This document shows, in pieces, positions 1-13,952 of a stretch of 64,000 bases of DNA. Where the stretch lies: contig OZ199840.1 of NCBI GenBank assembly GCA_964304625.1, forward strand, positions 7,293,635 to 7,357,634, given 5' to 3'. The notes beneath the pieces are model-generated. The model had not been told where the DNA came from, did no database searches, and was given only the letters and a program-made list of their open reading frames with translations. Origin of the DNA: Kudoa neothunni (lineage: Eukaryota > Animalia > Cnidaria). A program made the translations under genes and the position numbers. Every line of letters starts with the position of its first letter. The stretch's first letter is position 1.

Positions 1-218
1 TTTGAACAGTTCTGATTTAAGATTGGAAAAAATCACGAGTGTCTAGAATTGCAAATTTTGGGATTTTTATTTTTTTTAATTTGTTATATTATTCGTTCTC
101 ATTTTATTTTGAGAGGTAATTAACATTCTTAGATTAACTTTGTGCTCTGTTTGGGCATGTTTATGAATTCTCTTATCAATAATGAATTAACATTTTTCTC
201 AAAAATAAATGTACTTTT

Positions 219-2730
219 TCACTTTATGATCCTGTTTTTATAATCCGTCTGCATCCACGACCATCGTTCAACATACGTGAAAGAAGACACAACTTCTTGC
301 TTATTTGGAAGTCGGTGGGCGAATTGAAATGCATTTGGAGCACTCGGAGAAAGATCATTATGGTCGTCATTGTTATAGTATTTCATATTCTAAAATAAAT
401 ATTTGGTGAAAAATCGAACCGTTATAAAAATTTGTTGTCCCCCGAAATCCCGAAATTTGCAAGTCTAAGAGAGGACATCAATATAAACCACACTACTATG
501 TATCTACAACATGTGTCTATGTTTATCCTTCATTTTTTAACCAGCTACTACATTGATTTAACTACAAAAACTTACTAATTGTTTAATCGTGGTAAAAAAA
601 GAAAGAAAACGTTTAATTTAATCACGCGGTCAGAGCAATAAGATACGTATGACCGATCCCCCCGTGACTTTATTTTTAGTTTTTTCTTACTAATTATGTT
701 TATAAATTATTTAATGAGAGTAAAAATAACATTAAATCATTTTAAATACGATAGAACCTTTTAATGTGTAAAATAACTAATGTACGTACGACCGGTCCAC
801 TACCGTATAAATACCGAGGTGACCAGTGGTGTTGCAGTTCCACAGTTTTCATACACGTGCCGCCCCTGGTTCGTAGCATTGCCTGTGTTTAACTTAAGAA
901 TAACAATACAGTTAAAATCTTGTCAACCTTTTTTTAGTTCTATTAGAATACATACAGAGAAAAAAAATTAGTTTGAAATTATGATCAATAATATGTATAT
1001 TAATGTTTAAACTTGTAAAAATGGATAATTGGAATTGTTCGTCACACATGCTATAAATAATATAATAGAGTTGATACGAATCAAAAAAGAATTTAATAAG
1101 CAACCATTGAACTTTTGTAATGCAATAGTTTTAAATAATTATATTATAAGGGTTAAGAGAGACTATTTTTGTTTCTTATGGGCTAGGGTGTAACAACGAG
1201 TTCTTTTGGTACCTGAAGGAATTTTGTTCGGTGCTCCCTATTTTAGTATAATAAACCTAACTTAAAAAAATACTATAATACTTTCTCAAATAGTATAATC
1301 GCATTTTTTTGATGAGGATCAAACTAACAATAGTCAAGCTAACACCACATATGGCTACACCGATAATAATGGATTGGAGTTTTTTCCATTTTTTATTTTT
1401 TCTTCTAGATATAGATTCGAGGGATGCTTGGTAGCCATCTACTCGACCGGTAAATATGTAAATGAAATAAAAATTTACTTGGTGAATTTCCACAAAAATT
1501 AATCTTATTAATGGAGAATGGTGCCATGGTTAGAATGCTTAAATAGTTACCGCGAATAATGCTAAATTTTTCTTGGTCCCCGTATAAAGAGTTCTGACAA
1601 GCACATGTGATGTTTTCTATCAGACGATTTTTAGGAGGAGATAAGTTATTCAAAACTTCAATGAATAGCAATTTTGAAAATATTCCACTAAAGTAATCTG
1701 ACTTTGAATGCGAGTATGACGAAGGGGACACAATTATATGGGACGAATCAACATTCTCGTCCGTTAATTCGAACCACAACGAAGAGCTACAAAGTTTCTT
1801 TATATCAGTAGGACAGTGATGGTATAATTTAAGTTCCAAATTTGTTTTTATAGTAAGTGGAAGTGGAAGGATAGATTTAGACAATATCAACATCATGGGA
1901 ATTTGCTATTGAAGAATAAAATCGTAGGAAAAATAAAAATCAAACTTGTTGATAAAGCAGGGATTCATATTTGTCATCCTTTTCCCATTGGTAATTATGA
2001 GTTTTTGGTGTTAGAATGTTTTTATTATCCATCCGTACCTCCCATATTAGTATATAGGGAAATTCGCCCGGCAGAATTATCACTTCGGTTTCTGATACAG
2101 TGTTTATATGGTAAAAGTATGATAAAGCCTTGTATGTTATGTTTATTTGAGTAGGCTTAATGAAAGATTAATAATAGATTTTGCATGTGCCAGTAAAAAC
2201 TTAAAATGGCAAAAAATATTATGCTATTTAATTTATTTAAATTAAAAAATATAATTTTGTTCTACTATATAAAAAAATGCAATAATTGAATTTTCACCCT
2301 GTATATATATTCACGGGGAATATTCCAGGATAATGGAGATTCATTACTATTTGAAGTGTGAGAATTTATTAGCTGTCTGCATACATCTGTTTTTAATTTA
2401 GTGAGTGAACATATCCTGTATTCTGATATAGTTTTTATGAATTTTGGTAGAAGCTTTATCTTAAAGTTGATTTGTGATGGTTCGAGGGTCAGCTGAATGA
2501 ATACTGCAGTGCAATTCTTACCACTTGACTCTAGCTTTGAAATCTCCTGCAAGCCAGAAGGTTTATTCACCACGTTAAACACTACTATTTCAATTAGAAA
2601 TAATTTCTTTTGATAATTTTCTCTATGATAGCTTTTCTCGCTTCCGATGTTATCGAGATGAAGCTTTTTTTTGAAAATCGTTGACTCCAAAAATATTCCT
2701 TTTAGTATTTGAAATTCAACAGTGTAATTC
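219..2730 (-). CDS. Uncharacterised multi-exon type I membrane protein (5' end not resolved)
   Basis: Minus-strand ORF pieces 2265-2690, 1405-1896 and 1257-1493 are bounded by GT/AG sites. One hydrophobic stretch (LQSIIIGVAICGVSLTIVSLILI) is followed by basic KKMRLYYLRK. A clean phase-0 exon at 815-892 encodes LNTGNATNQGRHVYENCGTATPLVTS; the terminal exon ~389-219 ends in TGA. No family recognised. Confidence 0.5.
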
Positions 2731-4616
2731 TAAATTATAAAATTAAGGTATAATTTTATATTAATTATACATTATGAAGGAATAGTATATAAAAAATATG
2801 ATAGGCAGCCAATAGTGCTCTATTTCATTATTTTGTAAAAATCATAGTTTATATTAACTGAACCGTTTTATTATATTTTTATGATTATAACGATATGAAA
2901 TTCTCCCAAATTTCTTTGAATTAAATTGGTGAATTACCAATGTCTTTGTGTTACGTGACTATAATAAAGTCCACAATTTTTTCGGTTGAACCATTTAGAT
3001 TTAATTATTATTTATTAATAAGAGGTAAATGTAATATAGAGCATTTTAATTTTTGAAAAAAGTATGAAATCATCCGAAATTTTTACATTCTTTATCTGGT
3101 GGCGACAAATTAGCCATCATGATATATTTTGCCATATTTTATGAATCTTGATTAAATAAGAATTAAAATTTTAATTATCGAGACATACCAGAAATAAAAT
3201 CAAGAAAAAACGGTGGATGGAAATAATTTACCAATCGATGACAACCTATGACTTAGTGGTTTGTTAAAATCAAAAATTCAAGCTCATCTTAGTTGATAAA
3301 TGATTAAAACTACCTATATAATTATTTCATGCAGTAAAAATTGACTTAATTTTTACGTTAGTTGGTCTAGTGGTCGTAAAAATGAATAAGATATGGAAAG
3401 AATGTGTTTTCACTCGTAATCTACTGAGGTTAGCAACAATACATCTAATGAATACTTTACCTCATAATATAAAATAGTTTGAACGTTACAATTAAGATTT
3501 TACATATAATTAAACGAAGTCATCTAATTTTCTCGAGAAATTGTCTTGACAATCATTTTATAAGTTAAAGGCACGTTAAATATCAAAATCAATCGAAGGA
3601 AAAAAATCAATAATCGAAGTACGGCATAATAGGAGCTTCATTAAACTATCATAACCATGAACCTGTGATAAACGACCAATAGAAAAATCCCACCTGCACT
3701 TGAAATATTATAATTCAGTCCTTTTTGTAGGAATGAAATAGACATAAATGTATGAGAAGAGAAAGTTAGTTTAGAAATTAAACAAAAAATAATTACTTCG
3801 CTGAAAATTAAAAAAAGGAGACATTATATTTCTTTAAATGTTAGTTGTTCTATAAGCAGCATATGTAAATATTTAAGTTTTAAATATAACAATATTTGTT
3901 TTAATAAATCTTTAGAAAATAATTACGAAAAATTAAATGTAATAATTTTATGGGGCTGACGATTCACTAAATTTTAGCTCGTTGTAAGAGGGTACATATT
4001 TGATACCAATAAATATTGCTTAGACAAAATTATTTATACAATAATTATTGATGATAATGTATTTTTTATTATTATAATTTATAAGGTGGTTATATTATCT
4101 GCACAGAATGATAGAGGAAAATACAAACAACAATAATTGTGTGCGGATCCTATGGCATTATTGGCTATCTACTGTATAATTTATTATCCTCATAATTAAT
4201 TTATAATGTCACTATCCGATAAATAATTTTTTACTAGAATAATCGAACATAAAAAATGCAACATTTAGTTTGGTTAATCGCAGAGTTTAGTATAAAATTA
4301 ACTATAATAAATTTTTATTAAGTTTTAACAATCACAACTTATTATTTGATAGAACTTTAAGATTAAAAATCAACTGGTTACCTTGTTGAAGGAAAGGAAA
4401 GTCAATTGGTAAGCCATAGTTTTATTTTCTATGGGTATTATTTTTTGCCAAATTTCAAATTTCTTCTGGGTTTTTCCATTGTTTTTGTAAACAATAAATT
4501 TTAAGGATATATTTCTTTGGGTTTTTTCCATAACCTTTTCATTAAAAATTATAGTTAATTCTATGGTAAAACCGCCTTTGTCCTACATAAGTTAATTTAT
4601 ATGTAAACCAAACTTA

Positions 4617-5625
4617 CTAGATTTTATAATATTCAAGGTTACACTCGAAGGAATGTTTAAATCTTGTGAATGTTGAAAGTCTTGTTCTATACAAATGTGG
4701 TCGCCGTTGTCAACTAATTGTGTAACGACATCATCGACGGGGTATTCGTTAGAATGTTCAATAAATGGTATTGATCGTTTAATTCCGATATCCTAAAAAA
4801 ATTAAGTGTAATTACAACCTAAAATAACTATCACTAAATTTGAGGGCTTTAATCTTATTTTAATATAAATGAAGTTACTTTCGTTGGAGGGAGTGTATTA
4901 CCGCTATTTGTGAGCAGATGATCGGTCTTAAATCCAAAATTTAATATAATAAGACATCATAAATTTAGAAACTTTTATAAGTAATTCGTTAAGTAGGAGA
5001 CATGGATCAATTTGTTGCAACTCAGCAGCGCTGGAAACTCCATATAAACGAGCCACAGATTCAACCGAACATTTGCTGTAATACACATTAAATTTTTCAG
5101 CCACAAATTTATTGATTGAACCAAAACTATTGGAAGCGTTGTTTATCATATATTTAGAGTTATGAAATCCCACACAATCTCCTTCGATGGTTATATAGAA
5201 TCTCTACATGTCATCAATGCATTTGTCAAAATATTTAACCAAATACGTTGCCGCTGACTGCTGGTAATAAAATAGGATTGTATAATTTACGGTGTGATAA
5301 TGATAATCTTGGTTGCATTTCATCGAATCTTGATATATTACTAGCCATGAGTGATCCAAACTCTTGGGTGAAATTTTTATATACAAGCCTCTCACCTATG
5401 TCAAAATCATGATTTTTAGAAATAGACGTATTGAACAATCGATAAAATTCTTCGTTTATATGAATTTTCTGGGTGCTATTAGCAGGGCAATTTTGTGTGG
5501 TGTTAAAAAATACCACCACTATGTAGTAATCATCAAATAAATTCGCAGATATCCTTTGGTTATTGAATAGGATATTGTTGTTCATTAGAATATTTTTAAA
5601 AATTGTTTTTTCTTTTCTTGTGGAA
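4617..5625 (-). CDS. Uncharacterised multi-exon protein, 3' part; many N-x-S/T sequons
   Basis: Four exons join in phase 0 across short GT-AG introns (...AVSGN|RFYITIEGDCVGF...LLIK|TDHLLTNSGNTLPPTK|DIGIKRS...NYKI*, TAG at 4617-4619). Upstream exons could not be phased. Confidence 0.45.
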
Positions 5626-6214
5626 CTACAAAATAAAAAATATATTTATGGTTTGTTTGAAAAAATCACGTTATATGATGGAGAAAATACAAAATCCACG
5701 TCCAACTTGAAATCTGTAAACGTTTCATTTGATACTAATCAAGATTCAGTCGCCAATGGAGAATGCTCAGCTAATTACCTTGCAGTATTACAAATGAGAT
5801 GTTTTATTATAATAAAATTTATCACTTAAATCAATATTAAAATAAGTATTTAGGATAATATCTATCGTAAAGATTGTTTATCTAAGTTATATTGAATTTT
5901 TAATGTAAGAAACAAATATCATTATTATCCAGGAACTTATTTATTGATTTACTTTTGAGTTAAAGCTTATCTTAGTTTATTTCAAATTTATTTATATAAT
6001 TAAATACTATAATAGCTATGGCTAAGGAATGAGTATCCATTTTAAATAGGCATTGAATGGAAAATTTTGTAGATAGATATTACTAATTAAATTCCTTCAG
6101 ACGATTAGATAGTTATTCTATCAAAGAAACATTTAAAATAGAATGAGCGAGGTAAACGTCTAATGAATTTACTCATTTTTAAACAAAAAAATGATAACTT
6201 AACAAATAAATAAA

Positions 6215-6234
6215 GATAGATAGATAGATAGATA
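6215..6234 (+). repeat. (GATA)5 microsatellite
   Basis: gatagatagatagatagata read directly. Confidence 0.9.
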
Positions 6235-6826
6235 ATTTTAATTTAATAATTGTACAACTTGTGAGTTATTATACCAAATTTATTTAAAAAAATATGGTGT
6301 TGGAATAGATTTGGAATCAGATAACTGTATTAAATCCTTAAATATTTCAATGACGTTCAAATTATTAAGATAACACATTGAAAATATTTATATAAAATTA
6401 AACAAGCAAACTGTTTCAATTCAAATAATTTTGTTCCTTGAAATCAAATCCTGAGGAATAGCTGCCATCACTTAAATTCGAACGCAAATTCGCTTTTAAC
6501 CTCAGCCACAACACCCAGTCTAGATTCAAATTAAATACATAAAGCTCTATTCAAGCTAATGAAATCTATTACTTAATCTGTTCAAAAATTATTGCAAATT
6601 AATGTTAATTTATTAACATAATAATTTTCGTGGAACTCATCTACTTTTTCTACAATCACATTCGGTCTCGGTCCGATAAGGTTATCTGATAAACAAATAA
6701 AATATTACTCATCAAATAAAAAGTCACCGAGTTCATTTAAGTTAAAAATTACCATGCTGAGAAAACAGAAGAATTTCCAATTCAAATAAATAATGAAACA
6801 AGCAAAAATAAATACAGAATAACGAT

Positions 6827-7698
6827 TTAAATAATCAGTCTAGAAATAGTTTCTATCGCAATATGGGAAAAGACTCCCCCTATAAAAAATAAGGATCCAT
6901 ATATAAGACGCTCATCCTTTATTAACGTGTATAAAAGGGTTTGATTTTCAATTTGATTTGGAATTAGCGTGAGAGTGGGTTTTCCCATTAATTTGATGGC
7001 ATCAATATTATTTAGCACCACTTTTTCAGTTTCAGCCAGCTTTTCAGAAAACGCGTCGACGATTTGTTCTTGAAAACGATCGCTTGTTACAGCTAGACTC
7101 TTGATTGTTTCCAAATCTTCTCTGTGTCTTTTTTCTCGAGATTTTAATAGCCAAGTGGATCCCAATAAACCTAAACATTAATTTATCGCTCTCGATTTTA
7201 TCCTAACAACAAAAACCTACTTAAAACTGTACAAACGACAGAAAAGCACACAGAATAAAATCGCATTTTATCACTTTGAACCCTTTCCATCTCATAAAAA
7301 TTTCTAACAGCTAAGCTGTAACGATTAAAACTTGAGCGCTCCTGCGATTCCACATCTTCAAGTGCATTCAAAAGTTTTCGATGCTCAATGATAAGACTTC
7401 TCTCCTCAGTCAAATGTTTCAGATAATCATTTGATGTTCGATCAGACCTATCCAATAAACGTCGTACATCCTCAATAGCTGCCGTGCTATTTTGAATTTT
7501 AATTTTGATATTTTCAATTTGATTTCTTAGGTTGGAAAACTCCAATTCGCAGGTTTTAACTTCGCCGTGACCCCGTTTCACCATGGACGTACCAGCCAAC
7601 TCATCCAGAATTTCAGAAAAATTTGTCAATTTTTGTTGAAGTTGTGCAAATTTGTTGGAAGCCATGCGCGTTAAATAAACATAATCTTTATTGATCAT
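6827..7698 (-). CDS. CCDC51: CCDC51/MITOK-like mitochondrial coiled-coil membrane protein
   Basis: DRSDRTSNDYLKHLTEE...ERSSFNRYSLAVRNFYEMERVQSDKMRFYSVCFSVVCTVLSLLGST matches the CCDC51 pattern ([47 protein letters not shown]). 50-nt GT-AG intron at 7171-7220; second TM near the C-terminus. Start codon uncertain (7698, 7665 or an upstream exon). Confidence 0.8.
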
Positions 7699-8356
7699 TG
7701 GTTCTAAGGAATCACTTGATTGTATGTCTGTGCAACAATAATACTATAGTTGAAAATTCTATGGACGAGGATTAAGTGGGGAATTCAGATCACCAACAAA
7801 TAACCTCCGGACCGACAAACTAATCTGATAAAATTCGACTACGCCGTAAGTATACGACTAACACTAGCGAAACCTAGTAATCCTTTTTACTATTCCATGT
7901 GGTAAGAATTTTCAATTTAAATTCTCTTTATTATCTGTAGAACAATCAATTATATTCTTACTGGATTAGAACTTTGTGGATGAAATAATATAGTATACAT
8001 TTAATTCGACCAGTTTTAACTTGATAAATTTGTTTTTTGCTATAAATTTATAAATCTCTTATCAATAAGCTATTTTATAAATATAATCAAAACTCAAACA
8101 ATTAATAAAACAAAAAAGGTTATTTAATTTTAAAATTTAAACTTTGAAGCAATTTTTCTCACATTAATAAAATAAAATTAGGTAATTTTCTTCCCCGAAC
8201 CAATTTATTCATCAATATCATAACACAACAAAATGTCACTCCTTTTCAGGTGGCTTAATCTTTCATTTATGATTTCTCTATAAGTGAATAAATTCAACTT
8301 TTTCTGTATTTAAAGTTAAGCAGAAATGCCTTAAGAATGACTTTAATTTGGATTAA

Positions 8357-8437
8357 CCCTCTTATCTTTAATGGTGCGAAAAACGTCCAACTTCCATCGA
8401 TTTTTAATGCGTAATACACCCTAAAATTTTTAGAGGG
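8357..8437. mobile_element. 81-bp piggyBac-type mini element
   Basis: TTAA-CCCTCT ... AGAGGG-TTAA: 6-bp terminal inverted repeat with TTAA on both sides; same CCCTC terminus as the element at 42943. Confidence 0.6.
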
Positions 8438-9486
8438 TTAAATAGGAAATTACGTTTTATCACAAAAAATATTCACAAGTTCAATCCATTTGAAAATGCA
8501 TTTGATTTTATGTGGAAAGGTAATTTTGAGATTTACTCCTTATTAGTCATTTCATCAGTGACCATATCGAAAGCTCAACACTAGCGGAGTAAAATGACAT
8601 TGAAAGAGAGAAAATTATCAGAAATTTCCTTAATAAACTATACGAGGTTTGATAATGGGATAAACATAAAACTTATGAAGCGATTTACGAAATATTTGCG
8701 GTTTAACAATTATAAAATTGCATTAATCAACCCAAGTGAGTTTATAAAAAAATCCATAATTTACATCCAGTTATGTTGTGATATGGTAATATAATTACTA
8801 AATGGAAAAAGTATCCAAAATTCGAATATATTCTAGGGAAAAATACATTCCATACCCACATAAACGTAGACATCGGCATTTTGTAAGGAAGGGATTGCCA
8901 ATCGGGGGTAAATTTTAAATGACAGATGGCAAATTAAATAACATCAAAATTGGATGAGGGAAATTTTTTTATAATGGCGTTTCTGACTTACTTAAGTATT
9001 TCTAAGGAATTATATTATTTGGGACCATCAAACTCAATAAGAAGTTGGTAGAAATGCTTAAAACCTATATATATATATAAAACTATAATCACTCTCTCTT
9101 TTATGGCTTGTTTATCTTTTAGTGATTTAGCCTAATAATAATAAATACTTAAGTGGCTACTTGCAAGGTAGATAATATTTAAGTTTCACTACTGTAGACC
9201 ATTTTAATTATTTCTGGCCCCTACGAGCATAGGAATGGACAATAAATAAATTAATTAGCTAAATTTAAAAAATTGAATCTGTAGGCAGCTTGTGAGTAAG
9301 AGTTGATGGGATTAAAAATTGCCATTATGCGAACGTATATGCTTTTTAGGACGAGAATTTGCCATGCAACTTGCATCTGCTATAGCTAGTCGTTATAAAA
9401 CCTTCAAGTAAATATATTTTTGGCTTCAAAGTTAAGGAGACAAATTTGGATTTTTCACCGGGCCGAGAGGGTAAATTTGAAAAAAC

Positions 9487-9501
9487 GGTTGAGAACCCCT
9501 G
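9487..9501 (-). mobile_element. Solitary hAT/Charlie-like terminal inverted repeat
   Basis: Reverse complement reads CAGGGGTTCTCAACC, a typical hAT (Charlie/MER5-like) end; partner end not found. Confidence 0.35.
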
Positions 9502-10256
9502 GCCTGGTTTAAGGTCACTCTATTGCATAATCTTTCCATAATCTAATAAATTTTAATATTATCCAGAACTCTCTGTATACATTTAGAAATTTATATAGAC
9601 AAATAACCAACTCTTAATAAAAAGTGGCGTGATCTAAAGACTCAAACGAAATTTCAAATGAGGCGATAGCTCAAAAATGGCGGAATGTTGTTATAGTTTA
9701 AGCATTTAAGATAGACATATCGAATATATCGAAATTAATCGTATAAAAATTCATATTCAAGACTATTTTCTAACAGCATTTTAATCCCATTTAAGCGGTG
9801 GTGTGAAATCCCAAGCCATTTCTTCCCATTGACTTATATAATTATTCCGCGTAATAAAAAGTACACGTTATGAATCGAACTAAAATAGTTGTAATCTTAG
9901 CCAGACTTATTTACCATAAAATCGAATATTCGACCAATAATAAGTCCTAAAAACTTTGTAATCAGACCCAACATATCGTAGGGGCAAGCGCGCGCTGAAT
10001 TTGTGGACATTTTACGTATGTGATCGTGCATAGTCGTGATAAATGCTGTCGGTAAATGTTGATTCCCTATAGCAAATCAACATTAGATTCGTGTATTCAA
10101 GTTAATCTCGGCCCATAACAGCATTAGTAGCAGTGAGCCGTGTCTTTTTCGAGCATCCACGACGGATCCTAAACATAGATTAACAAATAAACCGCGCGCA
10201 GGCTTATCGTTGGCGGTATACCGATTTGTTGGATTACCGACTTGAATACTACACAG

Positions 10257-13200
10257 ATGGAAGAGAATGAGTATATTAACCAAATCAATGTCATAATAAT
10301 ACTGACAACTTTTTTGTATAAGATCTGAGGCACCCAGATTATCACCACAAAAGAAAACCAAATTTCGTGGTTCGGTGATTAGTGATTTAGTTTTTCCATC
10401 AACTTACAAATTTAATATAGATATTAAAGAAAAAACTTATTAACAATAACGAATCTTCATTGGACTCTACAATTGTAATTATATGTTTGTATTCATTTGT
10501 TTCTAATTGATTTTTAGAACGAAAAACCCGAAAGGTGAGTCTATTATCTGATGATGGTTCAATAAATAAGACTATATAAAATTTTAGAAAGTCTAGACGT
10601 GTAAGTTTTGCAGCACAGACACAGATAAGGTAAGTTGCGTGGTATTGATCATCAGTTTGGATAAATGCTGTTGATATAGAGTGTTTGAAAAGGAAGCGCG
10701 GCACAAATCTATTGGTGAATTATTGTCTCGAGATGTGCCAACTTTAATTTTTTTCTGTAGGTGGATCAGTGGCAAGTTTGAGGAAAAAGTAGCCGCTCGA
10801 ATTCTACTTTAATGTGTAGATGATTGTTTTGATTGGATTATTTTTAGGGATTATCGGAAAAAAACTGCCGATATAAAAGCCAAGGCTACTTCATTGGCGC
10901 CTGATGTAACTCTAGTTGTGTGTTATTTTTAGTTACCAACTAAAAATAATATTGTAGGAGCTACCAATTGATCGTGTGAACACTCCAAAACATCGATTCT
11001 CTATTGCATCTAATAGAGACGCAGAAACTGTTTCGATGGACTCTTTTTCACATAATGTCAAAAATACTGTAGATAAAATAAATAAGAAAAAATCGCCCAG
11101 AGATAAGGATACAGATGAAACAACTCAAATAGACGTCACAGCGATTTCATTTAACAAGGTTTCGAATAGTCCGGTTAGACGGTCACCGCGATTACATCGT
11201 ACACATCGTACTAAAGGTAGTCAGCCTAATTTTGCGTTACACCATTCTAAATTAAATTACGCGCATACAGAAACAATAAATAAACCATCTGCAGAATTGT
11301 GTGATTTTCTTTTACAGCCTACTACTAATAAATTGGTGGATTCCTCAGTTTTACCAAATGATACTACTATGCACGTTGATGTTAGTTGTATATTGAATAG
11401 ATTGGACAACAGCAGCGTTGATTTGAGCGTTTCTAATGAACAACAAAACGTAGCGCCTCAAAATTTGTCGCATCTTATAGAATTGTCTCCTCCAATAAAA
11501 TCAGCTGTTAATCGGGAGTCTCAGTTAGGTGAAAACTTAATCGATAACAACCATCCCACGATTGCTAACGTTTCAGCATCTCCGGTAAAGGTTGCTGAAT
11601 CTGTAGAAAATTGGTCCATGAATCTTTCGAACAATCCAAATTCTAGTCTTCAAACGCACAATTTGATATCTCCCGAAAATTCGTGTAATGAACCCGAATC
11701 GATTAGGGATCCTATTGATTTGCTTTTCGACGTTTCGTCGACACACATCTCTCAACAGAAAAACCCGATTTTTTACCAAGTTGATTCCACTGAAAGCAGC
11801 CTTTCGATGGATGTGGAACCTTCCCCTAAAAATGTTGATCAAATTAATAACAACAAGAACAACGACAATGTCATTGTCGACAATGACCAAAATGATAATG
11901 ATGATTCACTGCTAAGTCATAAACTTATATCAATATTGGAAGACGGTGCGGATGAAGTTAACAACAGCATCGGCGATAGGGCTCACCGTGAAAATGCTGA
12001 TGCTGTGTATGAGACGTTTCTCAACAAGTCCAACTGGTTTCTTGATAAAATCAGTGAAATTAATATGGACTACACTGCCAAACTTATCCACAGTGGATCA
12101 TTTAATGATAGCAATAATTGGAATTACAGAAACAACAGTGGCGATCTTAATTTAGAACCCAATTGCTATAATAACACACTTTTTGAAGACAAACATCAAA
12201 TCACCGACACCAACGTGATTGACATGGATATATCGGCGGATACATCTTGTACAAGAGGCATCGAGCAATTGACTACCGATGCTAAAAATACATTTTTTGC
12301 TTTGAACTCACTACTTAATCCAAATCGCACATCAAATAATCCAATGGAATCAATCGCTTGTTTGGATGATAGCAGTAGTAATAATCGCTCGATTTCACTT
12401 CTTGCCGAAATAGACCATACTTCTCCTCCACCATTGATTCGTTCCCAATCAGCGAATAATACATCCACCACTTTTGTTATGCCTGCTATACTCGGGGACG
12501 ATTTATTTGAGGATATTATTTACACAATAAAAATAAGTAAATCCTATTTGGTGATATTTTGAGCGGCTTTTTAATTGGATTATTATAGTTCGACAAAATC
12601 TCGTACATTCAAATATTCGTTTATCTGAAAATTTGAACACCAATCAAACCAAAATGATCCAACCCCTACATGATAGAAATGCCCAAGCTGAAAATGACAA
12701 CAAAGAATTAACCAAACAGATCAATGAACTGTTCTCTTCGCTATCTATACAAAAAAAGTACGTGACTCAATTACTCAATTTGTCGTTTTCAGTGAGTCTT
12801 ATTTCTAATTTAGGACAATGGGCCAATTACAACTGGACGAAAAGTTTCTTAGATCTTCTCTCGAAAAAACTAAAATAGAAATGGATGCGTACACTTGCGA
12901 GCTTGATCGAAAATCTCTAATTGACGCCATCGAAACCGACTTGTTTTGTTCGTAAGTTTTTATTCTTCTCTAAACTCACTTCGACTTAACTCCACATCAC
13001 ATTTATAGTTCTCTCAATATAAAATATGATAAAAATATCTCGGATACATCCAACCATTGTCTGAATTTATTCGACATATTAAAGCTGTATTTTAAATATG
13101 GTAAATTGTTTTTTAGTTATCCTACAATAATATTTATCTGTGGTTTTAGATATTCATCGATCAAAAGCCACAATTGTTCTGAATGATTTTCTTATTTGTC

Positions 13201-13952
13201 CATTTTTAAATCCTAACCATTCCCTACGTATTTTTTATTCATTATTGTCATTAGGTTATGTGAGATGTGTAAACCTAGAAATTAAATTTCTACTCGCACT
13301 ATTGCATCTTCACCGAAATCATCTCAAAACATATTTTAATGGATATTGTTCTTTTGAGATATTTTCAGAGGTATAAAACTAATGTGTTAATTTATTTGAA
13401 ACGTGTTTCAGAAAATAAGAAATATTTCTATCAAATTTTACCAAATATGTGCCTCGTTTGATGTGTTTTGTGAGTACCATTGCCAAAAGTATCCCATGCT
13501 GTTCAATTTTGTTCATCAGATCGAAAATAATGTCCAGTAATCTTTTTATCAATTTCCATACAAAATAAATAAATGAGAAATATATGTAGGTTGTCATTCA
13601 AAGTGTATCGCGGCAATTACCTCTATAGTGATATAACTCTGAGATTTGCACTTAATACCTCACTTGAATGTTACATTGAATCGTATGAAGTGGTTGACTT
13701 ATTTCAATTGTTTGATTGGTAATGGGTTTACCAGTTTGTTGAGGTAGAACTTAACGATCTTTTCTATTTAGTAAAAATTATCTCATCGAACCACTAAAAC
13801 AAATACTTGATGGTAAACTTTTGAAACCTCTTTTCCCCGATGTAAATAATCTCTTCATCTCCATTGAGAAAATCCATAATGATTTTCGCCAGCATGTTTT
13901 GTCAAAATACTCTAACCTGGTGACAGACACCAGTCCTAAAGATGACGATTAA
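10257..13952 (+). CDS. KNL1: Kinetochore scaffold KNL1/Spc105
   Basis: Small exons 10257-10270, 10323-10374, 10421-10474, 10518-10534, 10588-10629 and 10680-10714 splice to MEENESEAPRLSPQKKTKFRGS|ILKKK...ERKSRRVSFAAQTQIRVFEKE, giving the SILK and RVSF PP1-docking motifs. A long S/N/D-rich disordered exon (from 10958) carries MELT-like MDIS, MDYT, MNLS, MDVE, followed by a coiled coil and globular C-terminal exons; TAA at 13950-13952. Confidence 0.9.

Noticed and set aside
4425-4585. Short dispersed repeats (TTTCT..GGG.TTTTCCAT) resembling an array
   Set aside because: Degenerate with irregular spacing; more like TE subterminal repeats, not CRISPR.
6615-6760. C9orf72-like DNLIGPR peptide on the minus strand
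   Set aside because: Could not be phased to a start or to downstream exons with further similarity; abuts the CCDC51 3' end.
11573-12471. Overlapping and antisense ORFs within the KNL1 large exon (likewise within EMC1, NOP58 and the transposases)
   Set aside because: Shadow frames of real coding sequence with no independent features.
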